A DNA stretch of 64,000 bases from an uncultured Candidatus Saccharibacteria bacterium (GTDB lineage: Bacteria > Patescibacteriota > Minisyncoccia > Phycocordibacterales > UBA2100). Position numbers and translations under genes: made by a program. This document shows, piece after piece, positions 48,276 through 57,614 of this stretch (position 1 is the stretch's first letter; every line of letters starts with the position of its first letter). The notes below the pieces were generated by a model. That model made no database searches and had not been told where the DNA came from. It worked only from the letters and a program-made list of their open reading frames with translations. The stretch lies in contig CAYIDD010000005.1 in assembly GCA_964362175.1 (NCBI GenBank), positions 44 through 64,043 of the forward strand, written 5' to 3'.

Positions 48276-48358
48276 GCGTCGGTGGCAGAGTGGTCAAATG
48301 CACGTGGCTGTAAACCACGCGACTTCGGTCTCCGCAGGTTCGAATCCTGCCCGGCGCA
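48276..48358 (+). tRNA. tRNA-Tyr (anticodon GTA), class II
   Basis: Acceptor gcgtcgg/ccggcgc (one G-U). Anticodon stem cgtgg/ccacg with loop ctGTAaa. Long variable arm. T-arm gcagg-ttcgaat-cctgc. Confidence 0.75.
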
Positions 48359-48388
48359 CCCATGTTTTCCCATGATAAACTGAGCGGC

Positions 48389-48793
48389 ATGACCCAAAGA
48401 CGAGTGATGGTAGGTTTCATACTATTCCTCACTATCGCTACATCCGCCCCCTCGCTTGCACTCGCCGCCAATGCGCTTCCGAGCCAGATCGTTCCGGAAG
48501 AGTGCAACCAGAAGGGCGGCTGTCAGTCGATCTGCGATCTAGCACAAGTCGCCCACAACATCCTCAATACCGGCATTTATATCGCTGTGTTTCTCTCCGC
48601 CATCCTTTTTGCGTGGGCGGGGTGGCTGTATCTGACGGATGTTGCCAACGCAGGGCAGCATTCAAAGGCAGTAGAGGTATTTCAGTATGTCGCTACAGGC
48701 CTTGTCATCATCCTTATAGGATGGCTAGTTGTGGACGTACTCATACGAACGTTGGCAGGGGACAACTTTAGTTCATGGAATAAGATTTGTTAA
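48389..48793 (+). CDS. small secreted two-TM protein, distant sixth member of the 30.5-32.7 kb paralog family
   Basis: Start MTQRRVMVGFILFLTIATSAPSLALA (signal). Two TM helices. GLVIILIGWLVVDVLIRTLAG is comparable to the family C-terminal helix. Confidence 0.45.
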   Translation: MTQRRVMVGFILFLTIATSAPSLALAANALPSQIVPEECNQKGGCQSICDLAQVAHNILNTGIYIAVFLSAILFAWAGWLYLTDVANAGQHSKAVEVFQYVATGLVIILIGWLVVDVLIRTLAGDNFSSWNKIC

Positions 48794-48907
48794 TCCTCTC
48801 CTAGAGTCCACACCCCGCAGCTTGCTGCGTGGAGGATGTCATTTTTTCTTTTATGGTGGTATTGTTCCCCAGCCTGTACTCACAGGCTGCTCTTACAGGA
48901 GAAGTTC

Positions 48908-49145
48908 AATGTCCCTCACTTTTAGGGTAAAGATCGTTGACGGAGATGGAAACCCTGTATCTGGCGAAACGGTTCTCGTCGTTGAGTCGGCGATAACGGG
49001 GCCGTCTCAGAGTCAATGTACGGATAGCGACGGGTGGGCTGAATTTGAGTTTGAACGGAACAGGCTCTATGCCTACGTCCATGTCGCTGGCGAAGAACAT
49101 CACGTTATCGTTGATGACGGTGATGAACTTTCCTTCACAATCTAG
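48908..49145 (+). CDS. small hypothetical protein (79 aa), beta-rich
   Basis: MSLTFRVKIVDGDGNPVSGETVLVVES... resembles the carboxypeptidase-regulatory/Ig-like pattern. Confidence 0.3.
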
Positions 49146-49329
49146 TGAGCAGTATCGGCGGAATCTCCCGCCAAGCCGCGCCTGGAAGGCGCGGCTTCTT
49201 TTTCGACACCCAGTCATTTGGATATGAGATGCCATGGGAGTATTATTTCAAGACCGCTAGAGTGTCACCGAGAGAGTCGTTCAGTGCAAATAGTTGCAAA
49301 ATGGGGCCATTTCCCGTATAGTGCCGCGC

Positions 49330-49488
49330 ATGTCTCAGGATCAGCTATTCAAACTCGCGTGCTCGAAGTGCGCCCGTATCAACTATTGGTCACGCAAAAA
49401 TCGCAAGCTCGTAACGCGTAAGATCGAGCTCAAGAAGTATTGCAAATGGTGTAAAGCGCACACCAAGCACAAGGAAGCGAAGAAGTAG
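49330..49488 (+). CDS. rpmG: 50S ribosomal protein L33
   Basis: MSQDQLFKLACSKCARINYWSRKNRKLVTRKIELKKYCKWCKAHTKHKEAKK. CxxC...CxxC zinc ribbon typical of bL33. Confidence 0.7.
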   Translation: MSQDQLFKLACSKCARINYWSRKNRKLVTRKIELKKYCKWCKAHTKHKEAKK

Positions 49489-49621
49489 GAGTTTGGAGCC
49501 GGACAAATCCGGCTCTATACTTAGCGAGCGGGGGTACTCCTCGTTCAGGGTTCATTATATTCATATAGACCCTGCGTTCGGAGAAAGTGAGAATCAGCTA
49601 CTCTCACGTTGCTCCTCTCTT

Positions 49622-49692
49622 GGGTCCATAGTTCAATGGTAGAACAGCGGTCTCCAAAACCGCTGACCTAGGTTCGATTCCTAGTGGGCCCG
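49622..49692 (+). tRNA. tRNA-Trp (anticodon CCA)
   Basis: Acceptor gggtcca/tgggccc. Anticodon stem gcggt/accgc with loop ctCCAaa. T-arm ctagg-ttcgatt-cctag. Confidence 0.8.
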
Positions 49693-49816
49693 CAATGCAA
49701 AAACCTGTACGCCGTTAGGCGTCATGTTTTGGCATATGCGGATTTTAGGAATCGAACTGCGGGCCGCAGCCCCCGAAGAGGGGGCGAAGGTCTCGAGTCG
49801 CAGCAGCGACGAGAGG

Positions 49817-49836
49817 CGATTCCTAGTGGGCCCGCA
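49817..49836. repeat. 20-nt duplicate of the tRNA-Trp 3' end (identical to 49675-49694)
   Basis: cgattcctagtgggcccgca, exact. The ~122-bp insert between copies contains ccccgaagaggggg. Confidence 0.5.
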
Positions 49837-49838
49837 CC

Positions 49839-50752
49839 TCAGTTTTTTAGCCAGTTCTGAATGACTCCTTCAATATTCCGATCTGTTGGTTTCTCGAACC
49901 AGACGATGTCCATATTTCGTTTCCAATAAACCATCTGCCGCTTGGCATATTTGCGGATGGCACGATTGAGTTCTTCGATCATTTGTGCGCGCGTAATTTT
50001 TCCCCGTAGCAGGCGAGCGAGCGCGCGATACTCAAGCCCAAGCTCCTCCATGCGCTTGTATGAAAGCCCGCTTGTGTGCAATCGTTTCGCTTCTCCTATC
50101 AATCCGCGGCTAATTCGCGCGGACAGGCGAATAGTTATTTTCTTTTCAAGCTCTTTCAAGGGGGGTGCGATCCCTATCCACAGTGCATCGTGGGGGTTTC
50201 GCAAACCCCCGCTTTTTGGAACACGCCCGATGACGTAGGTAATTTCCAAAGCACGGATGAGGCGTACCTTGTTGTTACGTTCGCTCGGCGAATTCATCGT
50301 TTTTGCTCGCTGCGGATCGCGTTTTTCGAGGATCGCGAACAGTTCAGCGGCGGATTTTTTCTCCAACCCCGCCCGCAAAGCGGGGTTGGGGGGCACGTCG
50401 GGAAATGCGATCCGGCCCGTCAGGGCGTCAATGTAGAGCCCGGTCCCGCCCGCGATAATGGGTAATTTCCCCCTACACACAATGTTGCCTATAGCCCGAG
50501 TTGCGTGTGTGACGTAGTCATGCGCTGAGAATGGTTTTTTGGGAGAAGCGACATCGAGGAGGTAATGCGGTACCCCTTTCATCTCACGCTTTGTTATCTT
50601 TCCCGTCCCGATATTTAGCCCGCGATATACTTGCCGCGAATCCGCCGATATCACTTCGCCGCTGAACTTTCGTGCCAATTCGACCGCGAGCGCGCTTTTG
50701 CCGGATGACGTCGGCCCGACGATTATCAGTACCTTTTGTTTCTTGCCCATAG
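49839..50752 (-). CDS. miaA: tRNA dimethylallyltransferase
   Basis: P-loop GPTSSGKSALA. ISADSRQVYRGLNIGTGK. Start placed at MGKKQKVL. Confidence 0.85.
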
Positions 50753-50804
50753 CTAGCGTATTATAGCCATTAAGCCCACCTTCGCATAAAGCTACGGAGG
50801 GCGA

Positions 50805-50820
50805 TGCCGGAGTGGCGAAA
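50805..50820. repeat. 16-nt duplicate of the 5' end of tRNA-Leu(CAA) (identical to 50883-50898)
   Basis: tgccggagtggcgaaa. The upstream copy continues as a non-tRNA sequence. Confidence 0.35.
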
Positions 50821-50883
50821 GTGGTAGGCTGGGCCATCGGTGCCATGATAGCGAAGGTCATTGCAGTTCTTTATTCGGAAAAT

Positions 50884-50964
50884 GCCGGAGTGGCGAAATG
50901 GTATACGCGCACGACTCAAAATCGTGTGGGGCAACCCATGAGAGTTCGAGTCTCTCCTCCGGCA
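50884..50964 (+). tRNA. tRNA-Leu (anticodon CAA), class II
   Basis: Acceptor gccggag/ctccggc. Anticodon stem cacga/tcgtg with loop ctCAAaa. Long variable arm. T-arm gagag-ttcgagt-ctctc. Confidence 0.75.
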
Positions 50965-51019
50965 CAAAAAACAGCGAAGCAGGCACGCATCTCTCGCGTG
51001 CGAATCTTCAGGATCGAAG

Positions 51020-51415
51020 TTATTTTCTGTACCTTCTATACAGGGGATCCCAGTTCGTTTTTGTTTTTACTATCTGATAGAGGCAGAAAAGGACTCCCGA
51101 GTTAACGATAAGAGAGCCGAAAATGAGTGACCAGTCATGAAAAAAGACCCCCTTCACGAACAGAATACATTGCACAATAAAAACGATCGAGGGCAAGACA
51201 AAAGAAACATTCACCGTCGTGTGTCCCTTATGGATCATCCAGCCTTGGTAATAGTATCCCGCCGCAACCATCGTCCAGCAGACGATAAGTGCCATGCTCC
51301 AAACAAACTGCGCATCCCAAAAAGCGGTGTTATTTGCCAGCTGACCATACAGTAAAAACGTTCCTCCGAGGACAAAGATCATGCTAGCCACTATTTCCCA
51401 ATGTACTTTTTTCAT
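51020..51415 (-). CDS. hypothetical 4-TM membrane protein
   Basis: Start placed at MKKVHWEIVASMIFVLGG. Four hydrophobic helices. Confidence 0.4.
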   Translation of the reverse strand: MKKVHWEIVASMIFVLGGTFLLYGQLANNTAFWDAQFVWSMALIVCWTMVAAGYYYQGWMIHKGHTTVNVSFVLPSIVFIVQCILFVKGVFFHDWSLIFGSLIVNSGVLFCLYQIVKTKTNWDPLYRRYRK

Positions 51416-51435
51416 ACACACATTATACTGTCTCT

Positions 51436-52020
51436 GTGGACGCACCCAGGAAGATATTCATACTGCTCGGTTACTCCTATCTCAAGGGATTTACAGCGGA
51501 ACTCACCGACGCATATGAGAGCGCTGCGCGCGCGGCTGGTCACGACGTCAAACGGCTTAATCTGAGCGAGCTGAAGTTCGATCCGATCCTCCACAAGGGG
51601 TACAGCGAGATCCAGCCGCTTGAGCCGGACCTTGTGAAGATACAGGAACTTATACGATGGGCAGATCACGTGCTTATTCTGTACCCGAACTGGTGGACGA
51701 GTATGCCCGCGATCCTCAAGGGGATGTTCGACCGGATGTGGCTTCCCGGATTCGCTTTTTCATTCGATAAAGAGACGCATGAGGTTCACGAATTACTGAA
51801 GGGGAAGACGGCACGCGTTATCGTCGTCGATGGCGCACACAGTCCTTTCATGACGCGGCTCAACTACGGCGACTACACCAACGAAATATCGCGCGGCATT
51901 CTCGGTTTCTCCGGAATGAAAGTGCACGTGACGACCATGGGTCCGTGCGAACACGCAGATGTCGCCAAACATGATGCGTGGGTGGCGGAGGTACGCGAAC
52001 TCGGGTCAAAGGGCGAGTGA
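51436..52020 (+). CDS. flavodoxin-like fold NAD(P)H-dependent oxidoreductase (quinone reductase/MdaB-like)
   Basis: 194 aa. Flavodoxin_2-like pattern ILLGYSY...LILYPNWWTSMPAILKG. Confidence 0.6.
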   Translation: MDAPRKIFILLGYSYLKGFTAELTDAYESAARAAGHDVKRLNLSELKFDPILHKGYSEIQPLEPDLVKIQELIRWADHVLILYPNWWTSMPAILKGMFDRMWLPGFAFSFDKETHEVHELLKGKTARVIVVDGAHSPFMTRLNYGDYTNEISRGILGFSGMKVHVTTMGPCEHADVAKHDAWVAEVRELGSKGE

Positions 52021-52052
52021 CTACGACGATATCCCCACTCGTACTCAGCGCG

Positions 52053-52940
52053 TCATACGAACAACACCCCATCCCAATCCGGGCTCACGCGCGTCGTCCC
52101 GTCAGTGCGGAAGACCAAATAACGGGATCTGAGGAATTTCGCGACCTCATCACACCGGTTCTCATCAGAGAAAAAGAGGGCAGAGGTCGCGCAATCGGCG
52201 TCCCATGCGTTCCGGGCAGTCGCCGTGACCCCAATTACAGTCTCGATCGGGACCCGTAAAAGCGGATGTACGATATGGTGCCATTCTTTCCACCGGCACC
52301 GAAAGCTGTCCGACACGGCAATTCCCCGATTCTCGAGTTCAACGGTGCCTACGGCGACATCCGGTTTTCCCGGATATTCGATGGCAACTCTCCACGGCCC
52401 TCCATCCCGTTTTGTCGTTGCATACATGTCTCCCCCGCCGTCGACAAGATAATGCCGATGGTTGTGATTTTCGAGAATTTCCGCAACCCGATCGATACAA
52501 AATCCTTTCCCCATTCCCCCGAGATCAAAGACGACCGGTCCATCGATGGTGAGCATCTGGCCAGTGATCTCCCATTTCGGCAAAACAAACTGCACGACAT
52601 CGGGGCGAGGCACCATGCTATACGCCGCATCGTAACCGGCTTGCTCCAATAAACCACCCACCGCGGGGTCGTACAGACCTCCCGTGAGGCGGCGTAATTC
52701 GTCCGCGCGGGAAAGAAGTGTCGCGAACTCCTCTGATATGGGGTATTCGCCCGCTTCGGCGTTACGAAAAGCACTGGCTTCCGAGTCATTTAGGAAGCGC
52801 GAAAACCGCGCATTGAAGACGCGCATATAGCAAAGAACACACTCTACGGTCTCCTCACGCAGCGACCCGTCGTCGGTGAGTATGCACCAGCTCGTACCTA
52901 TTCCGTCAAAGGTAAACTCTGCGCCTCGTTTGTCCATCAT
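52053..52940 (-). CDS. apbE: FAD:protein FMN transferase (ApbE family)
   Basis: 295 aa. FDLGGMGKGFCIDRV and ...EWHHIVHP... match ApbE conserved sites. No obvious signal peptide. Confidence 0.75.
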   Translation of the reverse strand: MMDKRGAEFTFDGIGTSWCILTDDGSLREETVECVLCYMRVFNARFSRFLNDSEASAFRNAEAGEYPISEEFATLLSRADELRRLTGGLYDPAVGGLLEQAGYDAAYSMVPRPDVVQFVLPKWEITGQMLTIDGPVVFDLGGMGKGFCIDRVAEILENHNHRHYLVDGGGDMYATTKRDGGPWRVAIEYPGKPDVAVGTVELENRGIAVSDSFRCRWKEWHHIVHPLLRVPIETVIGVTATARNAWDADCATSALFFSDENRCDEVAKFLRSRYLVFRTDGTTRVSPDWDGVLFV

Positions 52941-52949
52941 CTCGCCTCC

Positions 52950-53390
52950 TTAGAGCCGTTTCTGCAGGTCAGGTAGAATGGTGTTAAATGCGGCTGTGGT
53001 AAGTGAAGATTTGCCAACGCGATCGATGGAGGTGAGTTCGCTCAATTTTTTGCCGCGTATGACGAGAAGTAAACCCTCGGAAAATTTCGCCAGATTCTCA
53101 TTCGTGGCATCTCCCTTGAGCGCGTCGGTGGACTTGACCGCCACCACTGCATCTCCGGAATCAAGGCCCAGCGTGAAGCGGACCTTATCGGTGCCGTTCG
53201 GAGCATCATAGGTGGCCACGGCGCTCACTTCGCGTGCGACGATGAGATCGGATCCACTTGCCATCTGAGGCGACGCATTACCCCCGATCGACCGAACTAT
53301 GGTAGGGACAAATCGGTATGAGAGGAGCGCCCCGACGCCGACGACGAGCGCGCCGATGATAGCGTTCCGTCTCGTCCTCGGGAAAGTCAT
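52950..53390 (-). CDS. membrane-anchored FMN-binding-domain-like protein
   Basis: 146 aa. N-terminal TM. C-terminal ...VGKSSLTTAAFNTIL resembles the end of the FMN_bind domain. Adjacent to apbE. Confidence 0.4.
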   Translation of the reverse strand: MTFPRTRRNAIIGALVVGVGALLSYRFVPTIVRSIGGNASPQMASGSDLIVAREVSAVATYDAPNGTDKVRFTLGLDSGDAVVAVKSTDALKGDATNENLAKFSEGLLLVIRGKKLSELTSIDRVGKSSLTTAAFNTILPDLQKRL

Positions 53391-53499
53391 ATATTGCTAT
53401 GGTATCGCTCTCTTAGAAGAACGAAACATGAGTTATCCCCAGCCTTTCGGGTGTCTACAGTAATTACTGCTAAATTTAGCGTACGTAGCGTGCGTTTGT

Positions 53500-54006
53500 A
53501 TGACCCTGTACGGATTTCTGATAATCATGCACATAGTGGGAACCGTTCTTGGTGTCGGTGCTGCCACATTTGCCGAGATCCACTATGCGCGTTTTAACAG
53601 CGATGACATCATCACAGACGACGAAAAAAAGACCCTCGCGACGACCTACACCGTGATGCGGACGGGCCTCTTCCTTCTCGTCATTTCGGGATTCGGAATG
53701 TTGCTGTACTTCCGCCTTACGGAATACGTGGACATTCTTTCCAGCCCGTCATTTTGGGCGAAAATGACCATCGTTGCGATCCTTGTCGGGAATGCGCTTC
53801 TCTTGCAGGCACGAATAATGCCGTTCGCCGTGGGCGCTGCGGTGTCGCTCACGTCGTGGTATGCCGCGCTGGTCCTTGGGGTCATCGGCAAGACGATAAG
53901 CGCGTCGTATGTTGAAATACTCATATATTATGTGATCGCTATCGCGCTCGTAGGAGTCTCTCTGCGATGGATCCACGAGTGGATGCACGCCCCGCGAAAC
54001 ATATGA
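53500..54006 (+). CDS. hypothetical polytopic membrane protein (paralog 1 of 3 tandem genes)
   Basis: 168 aa. Four to five TM helices. Confidence 0.45.
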   Translation: MTLYGFLIIMHIVGTVLGVGAATFAEIHYARFNSDDIITDDEKKTLATTYTVMRTGLFLLVISGFGMLLYFRLTEYVDILSSPSFWAKMTIVAILVGNALLLQARIMPFAVGAAVSLTSWYAALVLGVIGKTISASYVEILIYYVIAIALVGVSLRWIHEWMHAPRNI

Positions 54007-54449
54007 CGCCGATCCTCGCCACCTTGCTCATCGTCCACGTCATTGGCGGCGTTATTGCCATCGGCATGCACAATGTCATCCTTATGCATCTCCTCAAAAA
54101 GGCACCGAACTACATATTCGTGTCGCGCCTTGCGTGGTCGGCGGCGACGCTCTTCTTCCTTTCATGGGCAACTTCGGCCTACTACTACGTGACGTACTAC
54201 GGTTCTGCCGTCAAACCGCGCATTCTGGCGGGAGCCACGCCTGCCGCGCATACCTTTTTTATGGAGACGAAAGAACATATTTTTCTCGTACTGCCGTTCG
54301 TTGCGATCTCGATCGCGCTCTGCACTACATATCTGCGCGCGGTTCCCGATGATGCGTTGCGAAAAAGCACGGCGCTCCTCACCCTCATTGCGCTTATTAT
54401 CGGAGCGGCAACAGCCGCGTCGGGCATTTTTGTCTCCGGATCCATATGA
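54003..54449 (+). CDS. hypothetical polytopic membrane protein (paralog 2)
   Basis: Start MTPILATLLIVHVIGG. Homologous N-terminal helix to paralog 1 (MHIVGTVLGVGA / VHVIGGVIAIGM). Confidence 0.45.
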   Translation: MTPILATLLIVHVIGGVIAIGMHNVILMHLLKKAPNYIFVSRLAWSAATLFFLSWATSAYYYVTYYGSAVKPRILAGATPAAHTFFMETKEHIFLVLPFVAISIALCTTYLRAVPDDALRKSTALLTLIALIIGAATAASGIFVSGSI

Positions 54450-54763
54450 TCTCATCACCACTTGCGTCATGGATCCGTTCAGTCGCGCTCGCAACGATCG
54501 TGACGTCTCTCCTGCTTGCGGCACTCATCGTCAGCGCAGAGGAAATTCCCGCCCTTAAAGATTGGCTCAAGGCGACGTTTTATCACCACTGGCTCGGCAA
54601 AGGCGCTCTCGCACTCGGATCATTCGCTATCGTCAGTCTCGTTTTCCGGTTGAAGCGTGCACCGCGGCTCTCCACCGTTATTCTGGCTGAGACGATCTTT
54701 GTCGCTCTTTCAGCGTGTGTGATCGCAGGATTCTTCCTGCTCCACCTGTTGAAGGTGGTATAG
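54446..54763 (+). CDS. hypothetical membrane protein (third in row)
   Basis: 105 aa. Three hydrophobic helices. Confidence 0.4.
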   Translation: MISSPLASWIRSVALATIVTSLLLAALIVSAEEIPALKDWLKATFYHHWLGKGALALGSFAIVSLVFRLKRAPRLSTVILAETIFVALSACVIAGFFLLHLLKVV

Positions 54764-54807
54764 GACGTGCGCGCGCGGCGATGAAATGCGCCTTTCGAAC
54801 ATCCCGT

Positions 54808-56460
54808 TCAGTGGGGGATCGGTCGGGACATGAATTTCCTGATGTCGGCGATCGTGCCACCGACTTTTTTGCCGGGGTTGAAGATGTTTTGAGGATCAAA
54901 GATCCGCTTGGTCTCGGCAAATAATTCCAGTATCTTCGGACCGAACATCATATTGAGGTATGGCGTACGGATAATCCCGTCCCCATGTTCCCCCGTTATC
55001 GAGCCTTTGTATTTGGCGACCAACGCATAGACCTTCGGTGTCAACTCCATGATCGCTTTCCGGTGTTCCGGCCGTCCGAGGTCGACAAGGGGGATGATGT
55101 GGAAATTCGCGTCGCCGATGTGCCCTGCGACCGTGTGCATGATGTCATACTGCCCGAGAAGCACATTCAATTCCGGGAGAAACCTCGGATAATCGTCTGG
55201 ATGGACGACGATGTCGTCGATGAAGGGCGCTGCATGGAGGCCGTGAACGTGTTTCCGCAGGAGCGCGAAACTTTCCCGCCTGATCTTCCAGTATTTCTTT
55301 TCCATTGTCCCGAGAGCGATCTTTGTTGAAATGGACAGATCATGCAGGGCGGCGCGCGCATCGCGCGCCCCTTCCTGCGCCTCCGCATCGGTATCTTCCG
55401 CAAATTCAGCAAGCAAGACGAGCTTGGGAATACCGCCGGTCATAGCCATCCACACTTCGGGAAGAAAAGCGAAGGCGAGCGTAATGGATTGCCATAACCC
55501 CATGTGTTTGAGGAAGTCGTATGCGTAGCGGGCCGCGAGCTTGAACGTATGGTCGTCGTATGACTCGAATGACTCCGGATCGAATGTCCGTACGCGCCGC
55601 ACGATTTCCGGCAGTTTCCCGAGATCGGAAAGGAAGATAACGAGCATCGCGTGGCGGGGCTTGGGCTTGAGGAGCGAGACTTGCGCTTTGGTGATGAGTC
55701 CGAGCGTGCCCTGCGAACCAACGATCAGTTTCGTGAGATCGAACGTGCCGCGTTTCGGATCTATGACATCCCAGAGCGCATATCCCGCCGAATTTTTCGT
55801 CACATTCGGACGAGCCGCCTCAATGATATCTCGATTGTTCGTGAGAAGTTCGTCCATGCGACGATAGATCTCTCCTTCGAAGGACTGCTCGGTTTTCTTT
55901 TGGGCAAGTTCTGCAGCAGAGAGCGGACGGAATGTTGCCCGCGAACCATCAGAGAGCACCATATCGAGCTCCTGCACATAGCGGTCCATCTTGCCGTATC
56001 GTAGGGTCAGCTCACCGCCGGCGTTGTCCGCGACCATGCCGCCCAGAGCACATAGCTCACGTGAAGCGGGGTATGGGGGGAGGATCGACCCGTTCTTTGC
56101 GAGCGTTTGTTTTTCAAGATCACGATAGTACATGCCTGGCTCGGCGATAGCGTAATCAGCGCCGATCCCGCGCAGAGCATTCATATATTTCGTGAAAGAA
56201 ACGACGACCGAGTCGGTGAGGGGACCTCCCGACATATCGGTCCCCGCCGCGCGCGCCGTAAGAGATACCTGCTCGCCCCGTTTTTTAGCGTCTGAGGCGA
56301 ATCGGACGATGGCCGACACGTCGTCTGCATCCTTGGGCGACACGACGAGAGCGGGACGGCGTTCAAAAATACTCGTGTCGCGGCTGAATTTGCGAAGCGT
56401 TTCCGCGTCGTCGAGCGCATCGCCTTTGATAAGCGGGGCTATCGCGGCGCGTAAATCCAT
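54808..56460 (-). CDS. FAD-linked oxidase (PCMH-type FAD-binding, GlcD/D-lactate dehydrogenase-like)
   Basis: 550 aa. FAD-binding region ...AEPGMYYRDLEKQTLAKNGSILPPYPASRELCALGGMVADNAGG.... Confidence 0.8.
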   Translation of the reverse strand: MDLRAAIAPLIKGDALDDAETLRKFSRDTSIFERRPALVVSPKDADDVSAIVRFASDAKKRGEQVSLTARAAGTDMSGGPLTDSVVVSFTKYMNALRGIGADYAIAEPGMYYRDLEKQTLAKNGSILPPYPASRELCALGGMVADNAGGELTLRYGKMDRYVQELDMVLSDGSRATFRPLSAAELAQKKTEQSFEGEIYRRMDELLTNNRDIIEAARPNVTKNSAGYALWDVIDPKRGTFDLTKLIVGSQGTLGLITKAQVSLLKPKPRHAMLVIFLSDLGKLPEIVRRVRTFDPESFESYDDHTFKLAARYAYDFLKHMGLWQSITLAFAFLPEVWMAMTGGIPKLVLLAEFAEDTDAEAQEGARDARAALHDLSISTKIALGTMEKKYWKIRRESFALLRKHVHGLHAAPFIDDIVVHPDDYPRFLPELNVLLGQYDIMHTVAGHIGDANFHIIPLVDLGRPEHRKAIMELTPKVYALVAKYKGSITGEHGDGIIRTPYLNMMFGPKILELFAETKRIFDPQNIFNPGKKVGGTIADIRKFMSRPIPH

Positions 56461-56627
56461 CGCACAAGTATATCATCGGGGAGCAAGCTCCCGAATTGGT
56501 ACGGAAACCGTGTGGACGATCAGGGCTGATGGTATAGCACACGGTGCGTGCGCATCATATAGTATTCCTGCCAACATGTACCCGATCAGCGTCGTAGATA
56601 CCCATAGGTGATATAATCTCCCTATCT

Positions 56628-57614
56628 ATGGAAGGTGCGTATCAGGGAAATTCGATATTTTGGGTCGAGGTGGACCGTATTAAGCCCAATCCGTTCCAGC
56701 CGCGCAAAACGTTCGACGAGGCGGCGCTTTTGTCTTTGGCAGAATCTATCCGGCAGTACGGGGTTTTGCAGCCCCTCACCGTTAGCCGAAAAGAGATCGA
56801 GCGGCCGGGAGAGGGTATTTATGTGGAATATGAGCTGATCGCCGGCGAGCGCCGATTGCGCGCCTCAAAGATCGCGGGCATCGCGCAGGTCCCTGTCGTC
56901 ATCCGTACGGGGGAAGACAGCGACCGGATGAAGCTTGAGCTTGCCATCATTGAAAATTTACAGCGTGAAGACCTCAACGTCGTCGATCGCGCGCTCGCAT
57001 TTGACCGACTTGTCAAAGAATTCGGCCTCAAACACATCGAAATAGGGAAGCGGGTGGGTAAGAGCCGCGAGTATGTTTCCAACACACTTCGCATTCTTCT
57101 TTTGCCGCAGGACATGCGTGATGCACTTGGGGCGGGGGAAATAAGCGAGGGCCACACACGTCCGCTCCTTATGCTCATGGATCGATCTGCCGAGCAGCAG
57201 ACGCTCTTTAAGGAGATCATCTCAAAGCGGCTCACAGTGCGTGATTCTGAGCAAGTCGCACGGCGCGTTGCCACCGAGCGCGCGCGCAAGGGCGACCTTA
57301 CTCCGGAACTTCTGCTCCTTGAGCGCGAATTGACCGAAAAATTGGGCACGCGCGTGCGCATTGAAAAGAAAGATCAGGGGGGGAAGGTTCTCATCGATTT
57401 CTTTTCGGTAGACGACCTCGCGCATATTCGTGCCATGATCTCAAGTGGCACATTTCCCAATGCCGCCGTACGAAATACGCCTGCTCCCGCGCCAGTTGCT
57501 GTTGAGGAGACGCCAGTCGTTCCTCCCCCGGCAACATCTGGATCGGGATCCCAAAATCCCCCAAAAGCGGAGGAGGAGAACGATCTCTACTCCATCAGCA
57601 ATTTCAGCGTTTAG
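56628..57614 (+). CDS. parB: chromosome partitioning protein ParB
   Basis: LIAGERRLRAS motif. HTH. Pro/Ala-rich C-terminal linker. Confidence 0.85.
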   Translation: MEGAYQGNSIFWVEVDRIKPNPFQPRKTFDEAALLSLAESIRQYGVLQPLTVSRKEIERPGEGIYVEYELIAGERRLRASKIAGIAQVPVVIRTGEDSDRMKLELAIIENLQREDLNVVDRALAFDRLVKEFGLKHIEIGKRVGKSREYVSNTLRILLLPQDMRDALGAGEISEGHTRPLLMLMDRSAEQQTLFKEIISKRLTVRDSEQVARRVATERARKGDLTPELLLLERELTEKLGTRVRIEKKDQGGKVLIDFFSVDDLAHIRAMISSGTFPNAAVRNTPAPAPVAVEETPVVPPPATSGSGSQNPPKAEEENDLYSISNFSV

